From Chloroflexia bacterium (GTDB lineage Bacteria; Chloroflexota; Chloroflexia; Thermomicrobiales; CADCWN01): DNA of 64,000 bases. A model generated the notes under the pieces. The model was not told the origin of the DNA. It did no database searches and saw nothing but the letters and a program-made list of their open reading frames with translations. Position 1 is the first letter of the stretch; every line of letters starts with the position of its first letter. The position numbers and the translations under genes are program-made. Positions 48,043 through 57,880 of this stretch are shown here, one piece after another. The stretch lies in assembly GCA_039810045.1 (NCBI GenBank), contig JBDHWF010000003.1, positions 1,834-65,833 of the forward strand, written 5' to 3'.

Positions 48043-49230
48043 TCATGAAGAACCCTGCGGCGAGCGCGATGCTTGGGACTGGACATCACGTTGATAGACC
48101 TCCGTATAGGCCGCCAGCGTCAGGCGGGCGGTCTCCTCCCAGGAGAAGCGCGCGGCCTGCATTCGCCCCCGCTCACGAAGTGCGGCAGCCAGCGCAGGCG
48201 ATCCCAGAACATCGACCATTGCTTCACCAATCGCTGCAGGTGTTGGTTCCACCAGCAGGCCACCATCGCCAACGACTTCGGACAGGCTGGAACAATTCGC
48301 GGCAATCGTGGGCGTACCACACTGCATCGCCTCCAATGGCGAAAGTCCGAACCCTTCGTAGAGGGAAGGATCAACGTAGAGCGCAGCAGCATTCAACAGC
48401 GCCACTTTCTCTTCATCGCTGACGCGGCCAGTAAAGACGGTATGCTCCCCTACCCCCGCCTCGGCGACCACCGCCGCCAGATCAGGGTAGCGATCGGGAT
48501 GCTTGCTGTGGGCAGCCCCGCCAATCACCAGGCGGGTATCGGGGGGCAATTGCGCACGTACCTGCCCAAAAGCACGAATCAGCGTGGTCTGGTTCTTCCG
48601 CACATCCAGCCCCGAAATATTGAAGATAAACGGCCCAGTCAACCCAAAACGCGCCCGGACAGCAACAACCTGCGGATCATCAGGCGGGAGCGGCTGATAA
48701 CGACTGGCTGCCGCCAGGGGAATCGGGCGAATCCGCTCGCGCGGTACGCGCAAATATCGTTCAATGTCGCGGGCCGAGTGCTGCGAATCGGTCAGAATCA
48801 GATTAGCGCGAGCAGCAGTAAAGCACGCTAACCGATAATAGAGTTTCATCGGCAACGAATTCATATAGACGGGATAGGCGAGTGGCACCAGGTCGTGAAT
48901 CGTTACCAGATACGGACGATCGCGCCGCAGCGGGGCAGAATGATACGACACATGTACCAGATCAACGCTGGCGCGGCGCACAGCCTGTGGCAAGCCAACT
49001 TGCTCCCACCAGAGTTTTCGGGCCTTCCCCGTAGCAAAGCGGCGTGGTGGCTCGGTCACCAGCACCTCACCCGCAGGCAATTCGGGCAAGGTTGCCTGTG
49101 GCCCTGGCAATAAGAGTACTGGAGTAACTGCCGAGGGGGCCAGGGTGAACTGCTGCCAGAGGGCATGCACATACTGGCCGACACCAGTCGCCGGCTCCAG
49201 ATAAGCAGTTCCATCATAACCAACGCGCAT
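48043..49230 (-). CDS. Glycosyltransferase family 4 (GT-B)
   Basis: 'PSLYEGFGLSPLEAMQCGTPTIA' (E-x7-E) is present. The ATG at 49230 (MRVGYDG...) has GGAG 6 nt upstream. Confidence 0.8.
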   Translation of the reverse strand: MRVGYDGTAYLEPATGVGQYVHALWQQFTLAPSAVTPVLLLPGPQATLPELPAGEVLVTEPPRRFATGKARKLWWEQVGLPQAVRRASVDLVHVSYHSAPLRRDRPYLVTIHDLVPLAYPVYMNSLPMKLYYRLACFTAARANLILTDSQHSARDIERYLRVPRERIRPIPLAAASRYQPLPPDDPQVVAVRARFGLTGPFIFNISGLDVRKNQTTLIRAFGQVRAQLPPDTRLVIGGAAHSKHPDRYPDLAAVVAEAGVGEHTVFTGRVSDEEKVALLNAAALYVDPSLYEGFGLSPLEAMQCGTPTIAANCSSLSEVVGDGGLLVEPTPAAIGEAMVDVLGSPALAAALRERGRMQAARFSWEETARLTLAAYTEVYQRDVQSQASRSPQGSS

Positions 49231-49461
49231 CACGTACTCCACACCAGCAACAGCACCGTTCCATTATCGCGATCAGCCCCTACCAGTTCAAGGCACAACC
49301 TGAAAATACGCTGATCTACGGGCAAACAAAGCAGGCGGTATAGTTTGTGCGATAATGGGAATAGAGAGGGTTGGCCCTCCGTTATCACCGATGTAGCATT
49401 CGCCTTCAGGGTGAATGTCCAATAATCAGAGCTGGCAACAGCGTAGAAGGGAGTAACAATA

Positions 49462-49788
49462 ATGGCCAAACCACAGCCAGTAACCGATGCCACATTTACC
49501 GAAAAGGTTTCCCAGGCCAAGGGACACGTTCTAGTCGACTTCTGGGCCGAATGGTGTGGTCCTTGCCGCGCCGTCGCCCCAGTGTTGGATGAGATTGCCA
49601 ACGAGCAGGCCGACAAGCTGACCATCCTGAAGCTCGATATTGACGAGAATCAGCAGGTAGCGGGCCAGTTCGGGGTGATGAGCATCCCCACCATGATCCT
49701 GTTCAAGGACGGTCAGCCCGTGAAGCAGATCGTTGGGGCCAAGCCCAAGGCAGCGCTGATGCGCGACCTCGCCCCATTCCTTGGCTAA
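49462..49788 (+). CDS. trxA: Thioredoxin
   Basis: 108 aa with '[18 protein letters not shown]' and '[13 protein letters not shown]'. Confidence 0.93.
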   Translation: MAKPQPVTDATFTEKVSQAKGHVLVDFWAEWCGPCRAVAPVLDEIANEQADKLTILKLDIDENQQVAGQFGVMSIPTMILFKDGQPVKQIVGAKPKAALMRDLAPFLG

Positions 49789-49806
49789 ACCTGTTATTAC
49801 GCACAA

Positions 49807-49845
49807 AAAATGCGCCTGCGGAGTTTTTCTCCGCAGGCGCATTTT
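49807..49845. terminator. Bidirectional intrinsic terminator
   Basis: A 17-bp stem aaaatgcgcctgcggag / ctccgcaggcgcatttt with a ttttt loop and A/T runs on both sides. It lies between the convergent trxA and gene 49863..51107. Confidence 0.8.
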
Positions 49846-49862
49846 GCTGGATAGCGTAGCGC

Positions 49863-51107
49863 TCAGGCAGCGAGACGCCGCCGCAGCGATCGGACAATCA
49901 ATAAGCCCACTGCCCCAGCAATTGCGGCCACCGCACTCCGCCGCACTGCCACCACCCGAACCAGTTCAGTCAAACCTGCTTGGGGATTGGTAAACAGACT
50001 GACTGTCGAGGCGATAAAGGCGGTGCCTGGTTCGGCAAATGGTCGTTGCGTCACCGCCAGCACCGTCGTAGGATCATCGCGATCCAGTGCGCCAAAGCCC
50101 CGATATTGATAGCGGTTCTGCGCCAGATCAAAATGCACAATATTCTCAGCGGCTTCTTCTGGCGAGGGATGGCTGGGATCATAGACCTGTACCTGCGCCG
50201 TGGTGTCATTAATCTGCGCGAAGGCATAGGGCACAATCGTATGCCCCTGCGTTACCAGTCGCTGAAATAGCGCTGGCCATTCGCGGGGGTTCCACGACCA
50301 GCGCGCGATCCCCACATCAAATGCCACCGTTCCTTCACCACTTGTCAGCACCTGATTACGAAAGTGGCGAAAAGAGCGTGCAGCATCAGGCTTCAGGAAT
50401 TGCTGTGCCGCAGCCAACAACGCCGCATCAGTCAGTTGGCGACCGTGCCAGATTTCGACGACATCGCGCACCTGAGAGGCAAATGGGCGAATTCCCGTCA
50501 GACTCGTGCCAAGCGCATAGCGGGCCATCCCAGTACAAAGCCCACCACCACCACGGGCATCTGGCCCAGCAGCCAGAAAGACAATATCGCGGTAAAGGCC
50601 CTGAAAAAATGCACCTGGAAGAATCATACCCCACGGCTTATAGGTACGGGCAAAGAGATCGCGTTGTGGTTCAACTGCACCAATGTCAGCAGCAGAGTTG
50701 CGGAACGGCGCAATATCGCGCACAGGGTTAAATGTTGTCTCACCCTGGAGAGTGACTGGCAGGAGATGATCCCAGGCGGCAATACCCGTATCTCCGGCCA
50801 GGATCTCACAGGAGATCTGCTCCTGGCACGCAGCGGGAATCCCACCTGGCACAATCGTCCAGGTCAGCGTTGCGGTCTCTGCCGTAATCGGCTGCTCATT
50901 GGCACCTTGCACTGACCAATGCTCAGGTAGGTGGAGCCGCGCGCCACCAAGGATCGGATAGCGCGCCCGTAGGGGTGCCAGTGATGCCGTGATGGTCAGG
51001 CTGGTCGGATGATAATGAAAGACGCTGCCATGGCTATTACTGTAAATCAGTGGTTGCCCATTCAGCGAATCAGCAAGGAATCCTTCCAGCTGCTGTGGAA
51101 CACTCAT
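49863..51107 (-). CDS. Hypothetical tail-anchored protein (no family recognised)
   Basis: 414 aa with a strong SD (AGGAGGGG) 6 nt before ATG 51107. A single C-terminal TM 'AVAAIAGAVGLLIV' is followed by RSLRRRL. It carries an internal 'GGGGLCTGMA' (GxCxG) motif. Confidence 0.6.
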   Translation of the reverse strand: MSVPQQLEGFLADSLNGQPLIYSNSHGSVFHYHPTSLTITASLAPLRARYPILGGARLHLPEHWSVQGANEQPITAETATLTWTIVPGGIPAACQEQISCEILAGDTGIAAWDHLLPVTLQGETTFNPVRDIAPFRNSAADIGAVEPQRDLFARTYKPWGMILPGAFFQGLYRDIVFLAAGPDARGGGGLCTGMARYALGTSLTGIRPFASQVRDVVEIWHGRQLTDAALLAAAQQFLKPDAARSFRHFRNQVLTSGEGTVAFDVGIARWSWNPREWPALFQRLVTQGHTIVPYAFAQINDTTAQVQVYDPSHPSPEEAAENIVHFDLAQNRYQYRGFGALDRDDPTTVLAVTQRPFAEPGTAFIASTVSLFTNPQAGLTELVRVVAVRRSAVAAIAGAVGLLIVRSLRRRLAA

Positions 51108-51318
51108 CCCAAACCCCTCCTACATGGGTAAAGCTACTTCAGCCAGATCTCTGGGCCACACTACGACTGACAACGGCCCAGATCAGCCAGTCAATCAGGC
51201 AAACACCCTGTGCAGTATCTCATACCACCCAACAGGAATGACAATTACTACAGCTGCTATGTCAGCAAGTTGCCTTTGCGGCAACCATCATGCCTGGGGA
51301 AATCTGCCAACCAACAAA

Positions 51319-51349
51319 GCAGTGGCGGGCTCAATGAGCCCGCCACTGC
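51319..51349 (-). terminator. Intrinsic terminator after gene 51370..52734
   Basis: A perfect 14-bp stem (gcagtggcgggctc / gagcccgccactgc) with a 3-nt loop, followed on the minus strand by tttgttggttgg. Confidence 0.65.
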
Positions 51350-51369
51350 ACGCTACTTGTTGTTGCTGA

Positions 51370-52734
51370 CTATCCTTCGGAGACCTGAGCGGCAACGATC
51401 TTCCAGCTACCATTCTCAGGGGCGAGCGTGTAGCTGCCCTTATACGTCTTGGTAGAGCCATCGGTTTGGGAAGCAGCAAGTACCAGTGTTACCGTATACC
51501 CTGGTCGTTGCTGATTCACCGAAGCGATCACGATCGTATGGGGAATCACCTTCTCGGTCGTCGCATAGCCAGCAGCAAAATCATCATAGCTTTGCTGAGC
51601 CTGCAAATCAGCACCCAGAGCAGCATAGGCAGCATGGTAGTCCTTAGCACCAATTGAACCAAAGTAGCCCATTAGCACATTGGCTACCGCTTCACCTTGC
51701 GGCCCGCTTGTAAATCCCGTGTAACGGAACGTAGAGGGCTGCGTTTCACCCAGACAAGGTGGCACACTCACGCCGGTTGTCGCCTTCACTTCCCCACCAC
51801 CTGGCAGCGTGACACGCAGCGACGCAGGGCCGGGATCGGCACCACAATAGTTGCTCCACCACACAGGAACCGTGATCATCTGACCACGCCCAGCCGCGGC
51901 AATCCCCACGGTTTCCGTGCCGGTTGGACCTTCGACCTTCACCTCAAGGACGTTGCCCTGCTGGTCAAGGATTTCGATCTCTGGCGCACCACGCAGTGAG
52001 CAGGACGTTGTCCCGGTGTTGATCAGGTGTAGATTACCCTCACGCGCCCCAGCCGCGCCCATCATCATCAGGTCAGCACGGAGGACGCCAGCATCACACG
52101 GCGCAACAACCTGATTGCTGGCCGAGCCATAAATCTGGCGCCCAAATTGCCCCAACAAGACATTGTACGGTGCCGCATTTTCGGGATGAGCCTCAAACCT
52201 GGCCCGCTCAAAGTACTGCACCTGATAGGTATTTCCGTCCTCTAGTTGCTCGGAGATTACCTCGCTCAGCGGGTAGCCAAACTGCGCGAGATCACCATTC
52301 GCCTGCCAATAGGTCAGAAAGTCTCCCGAGACATTATGGCCCGTTTCGGGGAAAAATCGCGCCCCAGCTTGCTCGGTTACTGGCGGATCGGCAGGGTGAA
52401 TCTGCCGCCCAAATTGCCCAAGTAGCACGCGACTCCCCTTGTCATTCTCTGGATGATACTCAAACCGCGACCGCTCGAAATATTGCACGGTATATGGCTG
52501 ACCAATCGCGAGATCCTGCACGATCTCATCACTGATCGGATAGCCATTGATCGCTAACCCACCATGCTCTTGCCAGTAGGCCAGAAATAGGGGATTCACA
52601 CATTTGCCCGTTTCGGGGAAACAATACGCTTCTGCAGCACGTGTCGCCCCAGGTTGCCACAACAGGCACGTGCCTGCGAGCAATACGCCCAGTAGGGCTG
52701 TAGTCAAGCCCCGCTGCATCACACTACGAAACAT
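51370..52734 (-). CDS. Secreted protein with two tandem ~80-aa repeat modules and C-terminal beta-rich domains
   Basis: A signal peptide (MFRSVMQRGLTTALLGVLLAGTCLLW...AAEA) and the SD AAGGAGGG are present. The repeated module is 'FPETG..V...FL.YWQ..G.LA..GYP.S......L..G..Y.VQYFER.RFE.HPEN......VLLGQFGRQI'. Confidence 0.7.
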   Translation of the reverse strand: MFRSVMQRGLTTALLGVLLAGTCLLWQPGATRAAEAYCFPETGKCVNPLFLAYWQEHGGLAINGYPISDEIVQDLAIGQPYTVQYFERSRFEYHPENDKGSRVLLGQFGRQIHPADPPVTEQAGARFFPETGHNVSGDFLTYWQANGDLAQFGYPLSEVISEQLEDGNTYQVQYFERARFEAHPENAAPYNVLLGQFGRQIYGSASNQVVAPCDAGVLRADLMMMGAAGAREGNLHLINTGTTSCSLRGAPEIEILDQQGNVLEVKVEGPTGTETVGIAAAGRGQMITVPVWWSNYCGADPGPASLRVTLPGGGEVKATTGVSVPPCLGETQPSTFRYTGFTSGPQGEAVANVLMGYFGSIGAKDYHAAYAALGADLQAQQSYDDFAAGYATTEKVIPHTIVIASVNQQRPGYTVTLVLAASQTDGSTKTYKGSYTLAPENGSWKIVAAQVSEG

Positions 52735-52815
52735 TTACCCTCCTTACTATACCCTTTATAGTGGAAATTGTTACAACTACTGATTACCCAATTTCCACAT
52801 TTTATCAATAATACC

Positions 52816-52851
52816 ATAGAGGGCGTGACTGGATCCAGTCACGCCCTCTAT
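52816..52851 (-). terminator. Terminator-like hairpin after ftsZ
   Basis: A perfect 36-nt palindrome, atagagggcgtgactgga|tccagtcacgccctctat, lying 35 nt past the ftsZ stop. Confidence 0.6.
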
Positions 52852-52886
52852 CGGGTTGCTCTTTGTTTGATCAGGATCAGCTGAAT

Positions 52887-54122
52887 CTAGCGATCCCGCA
52901 TCCGGCGAATAAACGGTGGAAAATCATACTCTTCACCGCGCTGCGCTGGGCCTTGCGGGCGATCCATCCCCTGACCTTGTTGATCCCCAGTCTGTGGCTG
53001 CTGCCGCTCTGGTTGCGTCTCCTGTCGCTCTTGTGGGGCCATTTGTGGCCGTACGGGAGGCAGGTTGCCCCCAAAGCTCGTGGAGAATGGCTGATTGAAC
53101 CCGGTGCCAGTGCGGCCTCCACCGCTCCCGGCGCTGCCAATCGAACGCACCTTCCCACGCGCTTCATCAAAACCAGTGGCGATCAACGTAATCTGAACAT
53201 CCTGGCCCATCGACTCATCAATCGTCGCGCCAAAGATGATATTGGCATCAGGATCAGCAGCCTCGGCAATGATCCGTGCTGCTTCGTCCAGTTCAACCAT
53301 GCCCAGATCAAGACCGCCCGTCACGTTGTAGAGGACGCCCGTAGCGCCATCGATGGAGATTTCCAGCAGTGGGCTCTCAATCGCCATCCGGGCAGCATCG
53401 ACCATCCGCGAATCGCCAGACCCACGCCCAATCGCCATCAGAGCCGAGCCAGCCTCTTCCATGATACTCTTCACATCAGCAAAGTCGAGGTTGATAATCC
53501 CCGTCTTGGTGATCAAGTCAGAGATCCCTTGAATACCTTGCCGCAGAACATCATCCGCATGGCCGAATGCCTGGAGGAACGGGGTATTCTTATCGACCAG
53601 TTGCAGCAACCGTTGATTGGGGATCGTGATCAGGGTATCAACGTGCTCTTTCAGCATCGAGATCCCCTGTTCGGCAATGGCCTTACGGCGGTTCCCCTCA
53701 AACTCAAATGGCTTGGTGACAACACCTACGGTTAGCGCCCCAACCTCGCGGGCGATCTGCGCGATGATTGGTGAAGCGCCAGTACCAGTGCCACCGCCCA
53801 TCCCAGCAGTCACGAAGATCATATCGGCCCCACGCAACGAATCGTAGAGCGACTCGCTACTTTCCTCGGCGGCCTTCGAACCAACCTGCGGATTTCCACC
53901 CGCCCCAAGGCCCTTGGTCAGCTTATCGCCAATCCGCAACGAGACTGGCGCGCGGGAATGGACTAACGCCTGAGCGTCAGTGTTCACCGTAATGAACTCA
54001 ACGCCCTGTACGCCAGCCTCGATCATGCGGTTGACCGCGTTGCTGCCGCCGCCCCCGACGCCGATTACTTTAATGTGGGCGAAATTTTCGATGTCGCCGA
54101 ACGCGAATGACGATCCGTACAT
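52887..54122 (-). CDS. ftsZ: Cell division protein FtsZ
   Basis: '[13 protein letters not shown]', '[10 protein letters not shown]' and the C-terminal 'DFPPFIRR' peptide are present. The ATG at 54122 has GGAGGG 7 nt upstream, and the ORF is open to GTG 54167. Confidence 0.95.
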   Translation of the reverse strand: MYGSSFAFGDIENFAHIKVIGVGGGGSNAVNRMIEAGVQGVEFITVNTDAQALVHSRAPVSLRIGDKLTKGLGAGGNPQVGSKAAEESSESLYDSLRGADMIFVTAGMGGGTGTGASPIIAQIAREVGALTVGVVTKPFEFEGNRRKAIAEQGISMLKEHVDTLITIPNQRLLQLVDKNTPFLQAFGHADDVLRQGIQGISDLITKTGIINLDFADVKSIMEEAGSALMAIGRGSGDSRMVDAARMAIESPLLEISIDGATGVLYNVTGGLDLGMVELDEAARIIAEAADPDANIIFGATIDESMGQDVQITLIATGFDEARGKVRSIGSAGSGGGRTGTGFNQPFSTSFGGNLPPVRPQMAPQERQETQPERQQPQTGDQQGQGMDRPQGPAQRGEEYDFPPFIRRMRDR

Positions 54123-54234
54123 ACGCGGCCCTCCTGACACTTTCTTACTCCCTGTTCTCTTGCTCACGCAATGCCCCAGTCCTGCTACAGATGCTTACAG
54201 CCGACCGGTAAGCATCTCTGGCAATGCTTGTGCA

Positions 54235-55518
54235 TCATGGTAACAACTCCCGCAGCCAACCAGTCAGGCCGCCTGTACCACGCCGTTGCTTTCGTGATGC
54301 TCGTTGGCTACGCCGGGCTGTTTCGGCTGAACGCTGCTGGATCAACCCCCACTGCGCCAACCCAACAGTCGCCGCAAACGCTGGCCCACTCAGTGATTCC
54401 CCTAGGCCAGCAAGACGCCGTGGCGTACCAATTCGCGCACGAACGCCCACCACCTGACGCGTCAACTCGGCGATCTCTGGTAATAACGCTGTCCCACCAG
54501 TCAGGACAATGCCTCCTGGTAGGGCTCCATCGTAGCCCGATTCGCGTAACTCCTTTCGCACCAGCGTGAGTAGCTGTTCCAGCCGCGCCTCAATCACTTC
54601 GTGGGCCACACGGCGAGAAACCTGCTGCATTGCCCCATCAAACCCTTCGACTTCCAACCGTTGATCGTCGCCTTCACCAGCTTTATCAGCAACACCAGGG
54701 AGCGGCATTGCTCGCCCAGCGGTAATTTTCAATTGCTCCGCCGCCTCAAACGGAATCTGCAAAACAATGGAGAGGTCATTTGAGAGGTGATTGCCGCCAA
54801 TGGGCAAAGCCGCCGTATGCCAGACGGCATTCTCGACAAAAACGGCGATGTCAGTAGTGCCAGCGCCAATATCCACCAGTGCCACGCCCATCGCTCGTTC
54901 AGCTGGAGTTAGGGCGGCCTCAGCGGCGCACAATGGCTCTGGCACAAGTTCGTCAATCGCAATGCCCGCCCGTTCCAGCACGGTGCTGACATTGCGAATA
55001 GCGGTTGACGAGCCACTAACAACGTGGGCCTCTACCTCCAGGCGAGAGCCAACCATGCCCAGTGGATCAACCACGCCCTCCTGCCCATCTAAGGTATAGG
55101 TACGCGGTAACACGTGGAGCAGTTCATCATTCACGGCAGCGGGCATGACGCTCGCAGCGGCCAACACGCGCGAAACTTCGGCATCGCTAATCTCAACGTG
55201 GGGGCGGGGCAAGGCGACCATCCCATGCCCATTGGCTGATTTCAGGTGGGCCCCGGAAATGCTGACATAGGCCGAAAGAATCCGATAGCCCGAGTTGCGC
55301 TCGGCCCGCTCAATCGCCCGGGCTACGGTAGCGGTGGCGTCATCAAGGTCCGTCACCACCCCTTTCGCCATCCCCTGCGCTGGGCAGAGGCCAACCCCAA
55401 CAATCGCCGTGCGTCCATCTGCCAGCAGCTCTGCTACCAGCGCACAGGCTTTGCTCGTTCCCAGATCAACGGCTACGACCGCGTGACCGCTTGGCATCCG
55501 GTCGCTCTCGCTTTCCAC
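54235..55518 (-). CDS. ftsA: Cell division protein FtsA
   Basis: It has the actin-like ATPase motifs 'VAVDLGTSK' and 'VDIGAGTTDIAV' and a C-terminal amphipathic tail. The alternative start is ATG 55497. Confidence 0.9.
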   Translation of the reverse strand: MESESDRMPSGHAVVAVDLGTSKACALVAELLADGRTAIVGVGLCPAQGMAKGVVTDLDDATATVARAIERAERNSGYRILSAYVSISGAHLKSANGHGMVALPRPHVEISDAEVSRVLAAASVMPAAVNDELLHVLPRTYTLDGQEGVVDPLGMVGSRLEVEAHVVSGSSTAIRNVSTVLERAGIAIDELVPEPLCAAEAALTPAERAMGVALVDIGAGTTDIAVFVENAVWHTAALPIGGNHLSNDLSIVLQIPFEAAEQLKITAGRAMPLPGVADKAGEGDDQRLEVEGFDGAMQQVSRRVAHEVIEARLEQLLTLVRKELRESGYDGALPGGIVLTGGTALLPEIAELTRQVVGVRARIGTPRRLAGLGESLSGPAFAATVGLAQWGLIQQRSAETARRSQRASRKQRRGTGGLTGWLRELLP

Positions 55519-55764
55519 CTAGGCTGAAGGGCGGCAAAGCACCACTGCCACCATCCAGCGCCTACGCCCAATTGCAGTATAGCATAGATATGTCTAGTCA
55601 CCATGCACGTCCATAGTGTTCGTACGCATTGTAACGTACACTTTCGTGGGAATCAACTGTTTTGATGGAATTTGGCGGGATTACGCTGATAGCAACCTTC
55701 TATAGCCCAACGTTTTACACGTCAGCCTCGATCAGTCACTGGAGAGTGAACGTACACTACAGAA

Positions 55765-56682
55765 TCATGGGCGGGCTGATGGTTGGGGGGTTGGCGTGGG
55801 AGCAGGTGGGAAAAAGGGACGGTCGGGATCATGGACATTCAACGTTGTCCATTGCTGATCTGTACGTACAATCTCCGCAGCAACGGCCAGTTTCTCCTCT
55901 AACCGCTCGGTTGAACCGAGCAGGATTCGGCGCGGTGGGGCTGATGTTGGGCCTGCTAATACCAGCACCAACCCTTCTTTCGGCACCACCTCAAGCGTTT
56001 GGAACGCGAGGCCCAAGGCGGCTGCCCGGGTGTTGATCGTCAGTCCAGCCTGCAAAATTGTTTGCTCAACCTTCCCCCCAACGACGGGGGTATCCCCTTC
56101 CCGAACAATGATGACCGGCAGTTGGGGCATCGTGGCCTGGGGTGGGCTTTGCTGAACCACAGTGCCGTTGGCATCCAGTAGATACCGTTCTTCGCCAAAT
56201 TGCCAGACCAACACTGGCTGGCGCTCCACAATACGCACGATCAGGCGGTTGGGTAATTCACTCCAGACCTGGGCCTCGCGGATGGTGGGCAACAGCAATA
56301 AACGCTCGGCTGTCATCTGCGGATCAACAGTGAAGATATTATGTCCACTTACACCGCTTTGCGCGACAACTTCCTCTGGCTTCGTCAGGGTCGTACCCGC
56401 GAGATCCACCTGCTGCACCTGCCATTGCGCGGTCGTTAGCAAATAGGCGATCGCCCCACCACAGAGCAACGCCAGCACTAACGCCAGCAGTTGCCCGCTG
56501 GCCCACACCGCGTGGAAGCGATCAGACAGCGGGGCGCTGGAGGACGTTGGGCGTGCGCCTCGCCCAACCGTGTGTGGTCGGGCAGCGGTTGGGGGTGGGG
56601 CTTGTTTACGCGTGGCAGGGGCCTTCGCCTTGCCAGCAGTACGCACGGCACCACGGCGGCGGGTGGTCTCAGAGTTCGCCAT
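55765..56682 (-). CDS. ftsQ: Cell division protein FtsQ/DivIB (POTRA domain)
   Basis: It has a basic N-terminal tail, the single TM 'LLALVLALLCGGAIAYLL', then POTRA-like 'VQQVDLAGTTLTKPEEV'. It sits between ddl and ftsA. Confidence 0.8.
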   Translation of the reverse strand: MANSETTRRRGAVRTAGKAKAPATRKQAPPPTAARPHTVGRGARPTSSSAPLSDRFHAVWASGQLLALVLALLCGGAIAYLLTTAQWQVQQVDLAGTTLTKPEEVVAQSGVSGHNIFTVDPQMTAERLLLLPTIREAQVWSELPNRLIVRIVERQPVLVWQFGEERYLLDANGTVVQQSPPQATMPQLPVIIVREGDTPVVGGKVEQTILQAGLTINTRAAALGLAFQTLEVVPKEGLVLVLAGPTSAPPRRILLGSTERLEEKLAVAAEIVRTDQQWTTLNVHDPDRPFFPPAPTPTPQPSARP

Positions 56683-56718
56683 TGGTCAGTCCACCTGCAC
56701 CATAATCGCCATCGTGCA

Positions 56719-57840
56719 TCATAAGCGATCCTGCTTTTCCTGGTGTCGATCAACTGCCAGTTCAATCAACCGCTCAACCAACTGCTTGAATGGTAAGCCG
56801 CTTGCCTCCCACATCTTGGGATATTGGCTGATCGACGTGAAGCCTGGAATTGTGTTGATCTCATTGAGCAGCAGCCGATCCGTGCCACGTTCAAGGAAGA
56901 AATCAACGCGGGCCATCCCCGCGCAATCGATCGCCCGATAAGCAGCCAGCGCCAGGGCGCGTAACGCGGCGGCCTGCTCAGCGGTAATTTTGGCGGGCAG
57001 AGTGAACGTCGCCCCATCCTCATCAACATATTTAGCGGTGTAATCGTAGAACTCACCTTTCGGCTCAATCTCACTAATCGCCGAAGCAATTGGCTCGTCA
57101 TTGCCAAGAACACTGATCTCTAGCTCCCGCGCATCGATCCCCGCTTCAATCACCAACTTACGGTCGTAGCTCGCCGCCAGGGCGATCGCCGCCGCTAACT
57201 CCGTTGGATCTTTGACCTTAGTAATCCCCACACTTGAGCCCATATTGGCTGGTTTGACAAAACACGGGAAGCCCAGGTCACGTTCAACTCGTTCAGTGAC
57301 CGCCACAGGGTCGCGCTCCCACTCCCGCTTGAGGAGCGTCAGCCACGGCGCTTGCGGAATCCCCGCCTGGGCCAGCACCACTTTCGTCAGCGCCTTATCC
57401 ATCGCCACTGCCGAAGCCAACACCCCAGCCCCAACGTAGGGAATATCGGCCAGTTCAAGCAGCCCCTGCATCGTGCCATCTTCGCCGCGTGGGCCGTGCA
57501 GCACTGGGAAGATAACATCAATCGCCCCAGCGCCACCCGTCTCACTATTCGTCAGCAGGGGCGGCTGCGCTGTTGTTTGCGTCACCAAGGCTGTGTCAGG
57601 TTCGTCGTCAGTGGAAGTGGCCCGTCCTTCGAGTCGCGCCAATTCCGAGCCGGATTCCAACTGCTGAAGTGGGTCGCCCCCGGTGAGCCAGCGGCCTTCC
57701 CGCGTGATCCCCAACGGCACCACCTCATAGCGGGTGGGGTCGAGCGCGTCCATCACCGCTCGCGCCGAGCGCAACGACACATCATGTTCGCCTGATTTCC
57801 CACCGAAGATCACGCCAACGCGGATTTTCCGACCACCCAT
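56719..57840 (-). CDS. ddl: D-alanine--D-alanine ligase
   Basis: 'VGVIFGGKSGEHDVSL', 'FPVLHGPRGEDGTMQGLLE' and the ATP-grasp C-terminal 'EINTIPGFT' are present. The ATG at 57840 has GGAG 6 nt upstream. Confidence 0.92.
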   Translation of the reverse strand: MGGRKIRVGVIFGGKSGEHDVSLRSARAVMDALDPTRYEVVPLGITREGRWLTGGDPLQQLESGSELARLEGRATSTDDEPDTALVTQTTAQPPLLTNSETGGAGAIDVIFPVLHGPRGEDGTMQGLLELADIPYVGAGVLASAVAMDKALTKVVLAQAGIPQAPWLTLLKREWERDPVAVTERVERDLGFPCFVKPANMGSSVGITKVKDPTELAAAIALAASYDRKLVIEAGIDARELEISVLGNDEPIASAISEIEPKGEFYDYTAKYVDEDGATFTLPAKITAEQAAALRALALAAYRAIDCAGMARVDFFLERGTDRLLLNEINTIPGFTSISQYPKMWEASGLPFKQLVERLIELAVDRHQEKQDRL

Positions 57841-57880
57841 CAACAACTCCATCGCCGCATGAAACCGCGGCAGCAATACC

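Noticed and set aside
47787-48831. Plus-strand ORFs of 211 and 252 aa
   Set aside because: They are antisense to the two GT4 glycosyltransferase genes and give Arg-rich translations.
49230-49625. 131-aa minus-strand ORF
   Set aside because: It overlaps the trxA start and the divergent promoter region. trxA on the plus strand is unambiguous.
52863-53735. 290-aa plus-strand ORF
   Set aside because: It is antisense to ftsZ.
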